Shown here piece by piece: positions 48,097-56,607 of a stretch of 64,000 bases of DNA. Positions within the stretch are counted from its first letter, which is position 1, and every line of letters starts with the position of its first letter. The DNA is from Candidatus Latescibacterota bacterium (GTDB taxonomy: Bacteria; Latescibacterota; CBDEFO01). Location of the stretch: contig OZ252149.1 in assembly GCA_965248755.1 (NCBI GenBank), positions 3,328,001-3,392,000 on the forward strand, read 5' to 3'. A program made the translations under genes and the position numbers. The notes under the pieces were generated by a model. The model saw only the letters and a program-made list of their open reading frames with translations. It was not told the origin of the DNA and made no database searches.

Positions 48097-48750
48097 ATGG
48101 CAAGATTAGCGATTATGGTGGGTGTTGTCCTCTGGGTTTTATCCGTAGTTGGTATGGCTTCTGCCGGGCAGAATTCGGGGGCTACGATAGTTTTGGATCT
48201 TGATGCCGCAACTGCAGGCAATCAGGCAAAGGAGCTTCAGGAGAACGTCGGAGCGAGTGAGGCTGTTGACATAGCGGTTTACGTCACAGGAGCGCAGAAT
48301 GTGAAGGCATATCAAGTAGACCTCATGTTCGACGCGACTAAGGTTGAGTGGAATTCTCAGCTTACGGGCGATGCGTTTGGCAGAGCGGAGACGAACTTTA
48401 TGGGTTCGGAGGGGGGAGCATTTGTCTTCGGGAAGATTCTTAAGGCGGGTACGACAGACGTAGTCACAATACTAAACGGAATTACCAGCGCGACAGAAGC
48501 AAACGCGCCTGAGGGTGATGGCCTTATAGGTGTTATCAGTTTTACGACACTGGGAGGATTTGACACCAACACTGATGCAATCTTCACAGTGGTGTTCTTT
48601 GAGTTTTCAGATACGAATAATGACTTGGACACATTCGACATGCCTTCGCCTAATGACCCTGGTATTCGGGTTTGGCTAAATAAGAAAACAGCGGTTGAGG
48701 CCGACACCTGGGGGAGGGTAAAGGAGCTATTTTCGGGTCTACTCAGGTAG
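48097..48750 (+). CDS. Secreted cohesin-like protein with a TWG C-terminal tail
   Basis: Signal peptide; VKAYQVDLMFDATKVEW and GDGLIGVISFTT resemble cohesin strands; ends TAVEADTWGRVKELF. Confidence 0.7.
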   Translation: MARLAIMVGVVLWVLSVVGMASAGQNSGATIVLDLDAATAGNQAKELQENVGASEAVDIAVYVTGAQNVKAYQVDLMFDATKVEWNSQLTGDAFGRAETNFMGSEGGAFVFGKILKAGTTDVVTILNGITSATEANAPEGDGLIGVISFTTLGGFDTNTDAIFTVVFFEFSDTNNDLDTFDMPSPNDPGIRVWLNKKTAVEADTWGRVKELFSGLLR

Positions 48751-48828
48751 TGTATCTTGTATTACAATAATCGCTATTGAAAATAACCACCCCTCAGATT
48801 ATCGTCTCCATATAAAGCAGTACAGTTA

Positions 48829-48859
48829 AAAAGGCTATGTTGTCACATAGCCTTTTTTT
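48829..48859. terminator. Bidirectional terminator
   Basis: AAAAGGCTATG-ttgtca-CATAGCCTTTTTTT between convergent genes. Confidence 0.8.
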
Positions 48860-48892
48860 CTTGTTGTACTCTTGAGCAATGTAGTGTGCTTC

Positions 48893-49357
48893 TCATCTGA
48901 AAAGTTCTTTGATCTTTCCCCATGTGCTCTTACCGACTTCTGTAGGATTGAGGAGCCTCTCAATGACCGATGTTATCGAATTGTATTCGTATCCCTGTTG
49001 GCTGTAGGCGATGTTTAGATCGCTGTCGAGAACTACGGTGCAGTTGCGCATCTTTGCGGATATGTCAGTGACCAGCCGATAGGAGACATCAAGACCTTCG
49101 GCCAGATGGGGCGTGGAGCTTACGCCGATTATCTGCACGTCTTTGTTTCTGTACTTGGCCCACATACCATTTTCGAATGATAGCGCAGTCTCTCGGTCAT
49201 CACCGAAGAAGTGGACAACTAGGATCTTATCCGGATAAGCCTGGAGGATGTCCTGCCTTAAGTAATCTCCGAAAACTGCATCTTTATTGGGGCTTGGGGC
49301 TCCGGGAACTGCGGCAAAGAGTATAAGAAGGGGTATTAACAAATAGATGGCTTTCAC
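48893..49357 (-). CDS. Secreted thioredoxin-fold-like protein lacking CxxC, with a TWG tail
   Basis: KILVVHFF...DVQIIGVS...VVLDSDLNIAY resembles TlpA/redoxin; ends TEVGKSTWGKIKELFR. Confidence 0.6.
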   Translation of the reverse strand: MKAIYLLIPLLILFAAVPGAPSPNKDAVFGDYLRQDILQAYPDKILVVHFFGDDRETALSFENGMWAKYRNKDVQIIGVSSTPHLAEGLDVSYRLVTDISAKMRNCTVVLDSDLNIAYSQQGYEYNSITSVIERLLNPTEVGKSTWGKIKELFR

Positions 49358-49377
49358 TTCTGAACCACCTCCTAAAT

Positions 49378-49440
49378 AGGTAGACAGTAGTCAGTAAACA
49401 GTAGACAGGGCACCGCTCCTCTCCCTGTCTGCCCAACTAT
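49378..49440 (+). repeat. Heptamer-repeat element, copy 2
   Basis: tagac agtagtc agtaaac agtagac agg gcaccgctcctctccctgtctgcc, aligns with 21308-21370. Confidence 0.75.
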
Positions 49441-50492
49441 TCGGTTCTGAGCATATTGCCTTCTTTGATATCGCTGTAGCCTTCAATTATCCTTGCTTTG
49501 GAAAAGTGCTTGGCAGTGACTTTAATGACCTGGATAGTTCCTACCTTTATCTCATCGGTCTTTCCCACTACCTTGCCCGTGATAGGGTCTGAAAGCTCTT
49601 CTCCCTCTTGATATACACTATATTTGTCTCCTGCCTCAACTCCATCGGCGATCCCTATGTTGACATACACCTCATCGTCTTTGACCCAGAGTACGACAGG
49701 ATCCGAGACTTCGGGCTGAGGTGGTGGTTCTATGTATTCTTCGATTTTGCGTTTGATCTGTTCAGAAGATCTTGTAAAGGCTACGCCTACTACAGTATCT
49801 TTGAACTCCTCTGACTCGAATTCATAGTTTCCCATCTCAATGAACTCTTTGTTCCTCTGTCTTGCTTTGTCATCCCGATAACTGGCTCCAAGTTCGTTGT
49901 CATCGTATTCCCCAACTCCCTCGATTATGCCGAGTTCCATTCCGTCCACAACGCGAAAGATCGTCAGTTTTACATTGACATATGCTCCGTACCTGAAGAA
50001 TCCGGCGAGTGGAACTCCAGCTCTGAAGCGAGTTACGTTAAAGTCTTCGATCTCTCCGGTCAGGACGAAGTCAGCTTTGAGGTCTCGACCTATCTGGATG
50101 GCTCTTTCGTTTTTAAATTTACCGAGAGTCTCTTTTCCATCCTTCAATCGCTCCAATATTACGCCATGCGGAACTGTTTTGTAGAAGGGATTTTCCGACA
50201 GTTTCTGAGCGATAGCTTGAGGAACGCCGTTTACTATGTCCCAGGTCCCCTTTAATTTGGATCTATCCTCCAAGGGGAGTATAAGCAGAGTCTGGGACCC
50301 TGTGGAGTGCGAAAATAGAGTGTCCTGTACAGCCTTACCATTCGTCTTTTGTACGTTTGGGGAGGTCTGAACCGATGAATATCCCAAAGCGACCAGAGCT
50401 GACAGAACTCCAACGCCGAGTATTCTGGGTAGTCGACTGTTAGGACTACTATTCAAAGCTGCGCCAGAACCTGTCTTGCCTATTTTGTTCAT
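49437..50492 (-). CDS. CsgG/FlgT-like envelope protein
   Basis: AIQIGRDLKADFVLTGEI (CsgG/TolB-N-like) plus VYVNIGIADGVEAGDKY (FlgT C-terminal-like). Confidence 0.65.
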   Translation of the reverse strand: MNKIGKTGSGAALNSSPNSRLPRILGVGVLSALVALGYSSVQTSPNVQKTNGKAVQDTLFSHSTGSQTLLILPLEDRSKLKGTWDIVNGVPQAIAQKLSENPFYKTVPHGVILERLKDGKETLGKFKNERAIQIGRDLKADFVLTGEIEDFNVTRFRAGVPLAGFFRYGAYVNVKLTIFRVVDGMELGIIEGVGEYDDNELGASYRDDKARQRNKEFIEMGNYEFESEEFKDTVVGVAFTRSSEQIKRKIEEYIEPPPQPEVSDPVVLWVKDDEVYVNIGIADGVEAGDKYSVYQEGEELSDPITGKVVGKTDEIKVGTIQVIKVTAKHFSKARIIEGYSDIKEGNMLRTE

Positions 50493-50504
50493 ATCACTTC
50501 ACCT

Positions 50505-51785
50505 TTACACCGCTTTTCTGATTTTAGGGAGGACGTATGGTCCCTTCGGTATTACCGCTATTTTAGCATCTCTACCGGATTTTTGAAGGGCCTGCTGGAC
50601 TCCGTCCTCTACAGATGCTACAGGTTGAACCATAATGCTTTGAGCTTGTTCGGAATCTATGCCTTCGCTGTAGAAGAGCACCTCCCCTCTTTTGAGGGCT
50701 TTACACATCTCCTGCACCTGCCATTGGTCGTGGCAGAAGAACATGGGTTTTTTTATGGTTTGAAGGAAGTTTTCGGGATCTTTTGTGTCATTAAGGAGGC
50801 GGGAAAACTCCGAACTCCCGACACCTTCAGTGCATCGGGAAGCTACAATAAGCGTCCCATCTTGCTTCAGGACGGGTAAAGCTGCGGTCATAGCCTTTAT
50901 AGTCTGATAGAACGTGAGGTCGAGAGGGTATCCCGCGCTGGTAGTTATCACTATATCGGCGAGCTCATCAAGATAGGCGGTAGATTGTCTTTCGACGAAT
51001 TTTACACCTGCCCGGTGGGCGGCTTCAAGTTCGCCACAGAAGAGTCCGGTTATCTTTCTTTTTCCGTTGATGGCTACATTGAGGCTAAAATCGACTCCGG
51101 CTTTGTGTGCAACTTCTAACATCTGTTGATGTACAGGGTTGCCATCAATTATGCCTTCAGCTGCCCGGGGCGATGAGAGTATTTCATATCCGTGCAGGAC
51201 TTTGACAGTTTCGACTCCGCATATCCCGGGGCAGATAGCCTTTCTCCCGCCTGAGTAGCCCGCCATAAGGTGAGGTTCAATCAGGGAGGTGGCGATCTTG
51301 AGATCAGATTCGAGGTAGAGCGTATTGACATAGACAGGCACGCCGAACAAAGTCTCTCCGAGGTGGCTCAGCGTATCTTTTTCTCTGGATAGGTGATTGA
51401 CTATCTTGTAGTTTTGGACTATATGCTCCCCGACCATTGTGATGAGCTCTTCCTCCGTATTGGGTCGATGGAGTCCCGTCCCGACGAGGATGGTGATATT
51501 TTCTTTGGGGATGTCAGAGTCCTGGAGGACCTTCAGCATTGGTGGCAAAATAGTTTCGTTGGGCACAGGCCTGGTGATGTCTGAGATGACGATACAGGCG
51601 TTTCTTTTGCCATGTGCAAGCTCCCAAAGCGGTGGCGAGGATGCAGGGTTTTCAAGGCCCTCCAGGACGGCTGATTGTGGGTCCTGTAGAGGTTCCACAG
51701 GTTTTATGTCGAGAACGCCCTCTAGATTCTGATCGGGAAGATCGACCCAGAGTCCTGCTTTTCCATAGGCGAGTTTGATTTTCAA
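50505..51785 (-). CDS. Nickel-dependent lactate racemase (LarA) family protein
   Basis: SDITRP, GTGLHR, EPHLMAGYSGGRKAICPG, YQTIK; likely TTG start at 51785 after AGGGAG. Confidence 0.9.
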   Translation of the reverse strand: MKIKLAYGKAGLWVDLPDQNLEGVLDIKPVEPLQDPQSAVLEGLENPASSPPLWELAHGKRNACIVISDITRPVPNETILPPMLKVLQDSDIPKENITILVGTGLHRPNTEEELITMVGEHIVQNYKIVNHLSREKDTLSHLGETLFGVPVYVNTLYLESDLKIATSLIEPHLMAGYSGGRKAICPGICGVETVKVLHGYEILSSPRAAEGIIDGNPVHQQMLEVAHKAGVDFSLNVAINGKRKITGLFCGELEAAHRAGVKFVERQSTAYLDELADIVITTSAGYPLDLTFYQTIKAMTAALPVLKQDGTLIVASRCTEGVGSSEFSRLLNDTKDPENFLQTIKKPMFFCHDQWQVQEMCKALKRGEVLFYSEGIDSEQAQSIMVQPVASVEDGVQQALQKSGRDAKIAVIPKGPYVLPKIRKAV

Positions 51786-51924
51786 ATCTGTAATCTCCCT
51801 ACTGGTGAGTGGATCGAGGTTTCTGCCCCTCGCAATGTCAGGAGACACGCGATGGCATTAGTAATGCATCCATGACAGCCACAGCAAACGAAGCAATCTC
51901 GTAGAGAGGGTACTGCCCCTCCTA

Positions 51925-52305
51925 AACCGTGTACATCCACAAAGGAGTCGCCAAACACGAAGTCCTCGGCTATTCCTAGATCGCCTCCGAGTCCCAGGGG
52001 AAATTCCTACCCTGGGGTTATTGTCTGCCGGGTGTAAAAGAGATTTACCATTGTGTTCCCGGTTCTAAATGCTCTAAAAGATGGAGTTTGTTGTCATCAA
52101 ACAGCGTGTGCAAAAATCCAGGATCTTTATCGAAGTGATCTTCTACGGAACGCTTACTTTTTCCTGTGACAAATGGTAAATTCTTTTGAGTCCCTGTCGG
52201 GTCATCTCCTCGACCGTCTGCTGGCCTATGGGCTTTATCCCGACGGGGAGCATCACCTTGGGCTGAGATTTTGTACCAGGCTGTAGTTTAGTGCCCAGTG
52301 CAGCT
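51925..52305 (-). pseudogene. galU: Decayed UTP--glucose-1-phosphate uridylyltransferase fragment
   Basis: Fragments in shifting frames: AALGTKLQPGTKSQPKVMLPVGIKPI / FVTGKSKRSVEDHFD / YTRQ...PLGLG; stops and frameshifts. Confidence 0.8.
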
Positions 52306-52463
52306 TATGTTTTCCCTTGACAGCTTGGGTTTTATGTATTAAAGTTCGCTCTATCAATCGGACAATCTCGTACAAAATATAACCTTGGGGCTTGGAAATG
52401 TCAAGCTAAAATGGTCTGATGTAATATATCTGATATGTACTCTTGAATTTAGGGGGAGTCTTT

Positions 52464-52674
52464 ATCTGTCAGATAATCTTATATCCGGGCAAGGATGGTT
52501 TTTGGATATTAGAATGTTTCAGCCTTCCAGGATGTATAAGTCAGGGAACGACAAGGGAGGAGGCACTTAAGGAATATCAAGGAGGCTATAGAGTGTTACA
52601 TTGAGAGTTTGGAGGAGGATGGTCTGCCGGTGCCCCCTGATAGATTTGAGGCTATGGTGGTGACGATTGAATAG
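52464..52674 (+). pseudogene. hicB: HicB-like antitoxin pseudogene
   Basis: QIILYPGKDGFW..LPGCISQGTTREEAL / frameshift / NIKEAIECYIESLEEDGLPVP; start codon degraded to ATC. Confidence 0.8.
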
Positions 52675-52888
52675 ATATCCAACACTGTCAGGAAAAAATT
52701 TGATCAAGGCTCTACAAGAGACTGGATCTTACGTAAAACGACAGAAGGGGAGTCATATAACATTGCGAAGGGATGATCCATTCTGCCAGGTTGTCGTTCC
52801 TGATCATAGGACCTTAGACAGAGGCACGCTGAGAGGAATCATCAGACAGACAGGAATGTCCGTTGATTAGTTCATCAATCTCGTATAG
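52667..52888 (+). pseudogene. hicA: HicA-like toxin with a premature TAG near the C-terminus
   Basis: RQKGSHITL...VVVPDH..L.RGTLRGIIRQ; TAG at 52868 followed by FINLV. Confidence 0.75.
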
Positions 52889-53279
52889 AGACCATCGTAG
52901 AGCGCGAAGGAGATAGGAATCTCTTGCCATCTGTGTCCGCGGATTCTGCGATCACTTGAAAAATGCCGCAAACTCCTAAAATATTTGCGAATACGCTCAA
53001 AAAAAGATTGACCTTGGGACAAGAATGTAATAAATTGATATAACATGACATCTTAGATGCTCTAAACGTCTTATTCTTCGATCAGCCACACTCGTTGCAG
53101 GAACTTTGGTTCTCTTAATGAAGTATGGGAACACCGAATCTCTCTGAAAGTCCGCTTGATTAGGATCTAATCAGAAAAAATTTGAACTTAGTGTTCTAAA
53201 TCACAAAAAATGTTATCCGGATGTCTTATAATATTATTCGATTAATCTCCTTATCAACAGAAAAAGGAGGCATCTTTCG

Positions 53280-54164
53280 ATGAAGTTAGTGACGTTTGAG
53301 CATAACAAGAAAGAGAATTTCGGAGCTTTAGTAGGGCAGGAGAATATTGTTGATTTAGGAAGTGTGGCCGGATCTGTAATAGAACTTTTAGGGATGGGAG
53401 ATGAGGGAGTAGAGAGAGCGCGCAGGGCGGTTGAGGAAAATGAGCCGGCATTGAAGTTGAAGGATGTGACCTTGAAAGCCCCTGTGCCAAGGCCTTCTAA
53501 GCTTTTGTGTTTGGCTGGGAATTACGCAGAACATATAAGAGAGGGAGGTGGAGAAGTGAGCGAGAAGGAAAAGACGACGCCGCGCGTGTTTATGAAACCT
53601 CCTTCCACCACGGTGATAGGCTCAGGGCAGCCCATAATCCTGCCTAAGAATGCCAACAAGATAGATTGGGAGTGCGAAATTGGAGCTGTGATAGGAAAGA
53701 ACGCGCGTTTTGTGAGCGCAGATGAGGCCCTGGATTATGTAGCTGGTTATACTATCGTAAACGATGTGTCGGAGAGAGAATTGAAGATCGAAAAGGACAG
53801 AGAGCCGAGGGACGGAGACGGTTGGTTCGACTGGCTAAACGGCAAGTGGTTCGATACGTTTGCCCCTATGGGTCCCTGTCTTGTGTTGAAGGATGAGATG
53901 CAAGACCCTCAAAGCTTAAGGATTACTTTAAGGGTGAACGGAGAGACAAAGCAGGATTCCAATACCAGTCAGATGATATTTACTGTGGCTGAGCTGGTGG
54001 AATGGGCGTCCACGTTAGTGACGTTGGAGCCGGGCGACGTTATATCGACGGGGACACCTTCGGGTGTAGGATCAACTACCGGGACGTTTCTTTGTGCGGG
54101 AGATGTTGTAGAGGCTGAGATCGAGGGGATAGGAATACTGAGGAATCCTGTGGAGAAAGGGTAG
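53280..54164 (+). CDS. Fumarylacetoacetate hydrolase family protein
   Basis: NYAEH, DWECE, NDVSER, GKWFDTFAPMGP, TGTPSGVG. Confidence 0.93.
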   Translation: MKLVTFEHNKKENFGALVGQENIVDLGSVAGSVIELLGMGDEGVERARRAVEENEPALKLKDVTLKAPVPRPSKLLCLAGNYAEHIREGGGEVSEKEKTTPRVFMKPPSTTVIGSGQPIILPKNANKIDWECEIGAVIGKNARFVSADEALDYVAGYTIVNDVSERELKIEKDREPRDGDGWFDWLNGKWFDTFAPMGPCLVLKDEMQDPQSLRITLRVNGETKQDSNTSQMIFTVAELVEWASTLVTLEPGDVISTGTPSGVGSTTGTFLCAGDVVEAEIEGIGILRNPVEKG

Positions 54165-54195
54165 GCTTTCAACGGCTGTTGGATCCCCTATTAGC

Positions 54196-55161
54196 TTGGA
54201 CGAACCTATGAATATAAAATTCTGGGGCGTGAGAGGTTCCATCCCAACTCCCATTGGCCCTAAGGAGATTCAAAAAAAGATAGAAGGCGTCCTCTTTGAG
54301 GCAAAGGACGTAAAGTTTTCCAACCGGGAAGACGTAACTAAGTATGTGGATGGACTGCATTATCTGCAGCGAGGCACAGTTGGGGGCAACAGCTCTTGCG
54401 TGGAAGTCCAGACGCAGACTGGAGATGTTCTTATTCTGGACGCGGGATCGGGGATCGTAAAGCTGGGAGCAGAATTGATGAAAGGGGATTTCGGAAGGGG
54501 TAGCGGGGTAGCTCACATATTTTTGTCTCATACTCATTGGGACCATATTATAGGCTTTCCGATGTTTACTCCTGCATATATTAAGGGAAACAGGATAATC
54601 TTTTACGGCGTGCACGAAGATTTAGAGAAAAGGCTAAGACACCAGCAAAATGCCCCCGACCATTTTCCGGCGTCGCTGGATTTGATGGAAGCTGATATAG
54701 AATTTGTTCAGCTTAAAGGGAAGAAAAAGCTGAAGATAGGTAGCGTGACTGTGGATAGCAAGGAGCTTTACCATCCGGGCGCAGCTTACAGTTATAGGAT
54801 CACAGAAAATGAGAAGACCTTGGTCTATGCGACAGACGGTGAGTATAAGGTGGAGTGGGAAAATGTGCAGCAGTATCATAGCTATTATCAAAACGCCGAT
54901 GTGTTGATCTTCGACGCTATGTATACTGCTGGAGAGGCGATCGACCGCGAGGACTGGGGTCACAGCACCTCATTCATAGGAGCAGACATAGCGTCTATTA
55001 CGGGGATCAAAAAGCTCGTACTGTTTCATCACTATCCCGCACGAGATGATGAGGCTATACATAGGATTTTAAAAGAGACAGAGGCGTACTGGAACGATCT
55101 CTATTCGGATTTTGATTGTGAGATACTCATGGCACACGAGGGATTAGAAATAGAAATATAA
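54196..55161 (+). CDS. Metallo-beta-lactamase-fold hydrolase
   Basis: FWGVRGSIP, DAGSG, SHTHWDH, HPG, WGHS, FHH; probable start ATG 54208. Confidence 0.9.
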   Translation: MDEPMNIKFWGVRGSIPTPIGPKEIQKKIEGVLFEAKDVKFSNREDVTKYVDGLHYLQRGTVGGNSSCVEVQTQTGDVLILDAGSGIVKLGAELMKGDFGRGSGVAHIFLSHTHWDHIIGFPMFTPAYIKGNRIIFYGVHEDLEKRLRHQQNAPDHFPASLDLMEADIEFVQLKGKKKLKIGSVTVDSKELYHPGAAYSYRITENEKTLVYATDGEYKVEWENVQQYHSYYQNADVLIFDAMYTAGEAIDREDWGHSTSFIGADIASITGIKKLVLFHHYPARDDEAIHRILKETEAYWNDLYSDFDCEILMAHEGLEIEI

Positions 55162-55252
55162 CGTTTTTCCTCCCAAAACATTCTTCGATACTTTTGGGGG
55201 ATCCCGAGTATATTATTACGAAAGTTCCTTTATCGAAGATCATCTTAGTACC

Positions 55253-55286
55253 GGCGGAAACCATCAAGGTTTCCGCCTCTTTTTTT
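55253..55286 (+). terminator. Intrinsic terminator
   Basis: GGCGGAAACC-atcaa-GGTTTCCGCC followed by TCTTTTTTT. Confidence 0.8.
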
Positions 55287-55496
55287 GTTTCGCCGGCTAC
55301 CAGGATAAAGAAAACAGATGATTACGATCCTGATAATCACAAAAACTCCTTGACATCCGCGAAAATATAGTTTATATATTATACATAAAGAGTGATTGTG
55401 CTGTTTTTGTGCGTTGTCAGTGCAAGAATATCCAAGAAGACAAGTCTCATGTAACTTGTTGATGGCATTGTTCTTGTAAGGAGGTGCTGAATCAAA

Positions 55497-56600
55497 ATGA
55501 GAAGACGAACAGTCAAATCCTCCATAGTTCTGGCTGCGATATCTCTCTTTGTCCTGGGTATCGCTCCGGGAATCAGTGCTCAAATCTCAGACCCAATAGA
55601 GGTGCTATTCTATACTACCGATGTAAACTGTCATGTCACAGCTATTGCAGTCGCCCCTGGGGGGAATCCAATCTATGTGGGTACTCTTGATAAGGGGGTC
55701 TTGCGCATAGATCCAGATACTGGACAATCCGAAGATGTTAACGACGGGTTGGAGAACTTGGGGATCCACAGCCTGGTCATTGATCCTTCCGATCCATCAA
55801 GGATCTATGCCTCTTTAGGCACTGGGGTCTTTCGTAGTGAAGATAAAGGGAGACACTGGGTGAAGATTAGCCAGAGCTTAGGGAGATCTGTTCCTATCAA
55901 TGGACTCTGGATAAGTCCCCTCAATCCAGATATCTTACTGGCGCAGGCGTCCTTGGGAGGTGTTTTCCGCACTGATGATGGAGGCAACAACTGGCGTAGT
56001 CTGTACATTCCAGCAATTGACCACGGAAGTAACTATGGGACCAAAATGGTTGTGAAGAAAGACGGTAGTACTATCTATGCTCTCAAGGCGGGTGTCCCTG
56101 TCCGCCGGAGTAGGGATAGTGGTGAAACTTGGGCAGATATGATTTTTCCTCCGAATGCTTGCGGTGACCTAGCGCTGTCTGCAAATGAAAAAGTTATCTA
56201 TATGGGATCCTGTCAGAATGTCTCCGATGAACAAAGAGTGGTCGCGTATCGCAGTCTAGATGAAGGGGATACCTGGGAGGGACTCGAATACAATCCTATT
56301 GCTACTGCAGAAGCCCGATTCCCTGGGAAGGCATACCATTTGTTCCCCGATCCAAATGTTTCCGATGTTCTCTACGTGATTACCACAGAGGGGCTATTTT
56401 ATACTACCGATGGGGGGAATATATGGGGGCACTTCACTGCGCCCTTGCCGGGTTTTGGCTCTGTATTGGCGGTAGATCACAATAGATCACGTCTGTACGT
56501 GTCGACGCCTGACGGTCTGTTCTTCGTGCCGCTACCACAGTATCCCACATCTGTGGAGGCTAGATCTTGGGGAGGGATTAAATCAGTTCTTACTGAGTAG
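55497..56600 (+). CDS. Secreted BNR/Asp-box beta-propeller protein with an SWG tail
   Basis: Signal peptide; repeated [ST]xDxGxxW boxes; ends TSVEARSWGGIKSVL. Confidence 0.8.
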   Translation: MRRRTVKSSIVLAAISLFVLGIAPGISAQISDPIEVLFYTTDVNCHVTAIAVAPGGNPIYVGTLDKGVLRIDPDTGQSEDVNDGLENLGIHSLVIDPSDPSRIYASLGTGVFRSEDKGRHWVKISQSLGRSVPINGLWISPLNPDILLAQASLGGVFRTDDGGNNWRSLYIPAIDHGSNYGTKMVVKKDGSTIYALKAGVPVRRSRDSGETWADMIFPPNACGDLALSANEKVIYMGSCQNVSDEQRVVAYRSLDEGDTWEGLEYNPIATAEARFPGKAYHLFPDPNVSDVLYVITTEGLFYTTDGGNIWGHFTAPLPGFGSVLAVDHNRSRLYVSTPDGLFFVPLPQYPTSVEARSWGGIKSVLTE

Positions 56601-56607
56601 GTCAACG

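Noticed and set aside
52868..52870. hicA TAG as read-through
   Set aside because: Best explained as a GAG>TAG nonsense change in a decaying locus whose hicB is also broken
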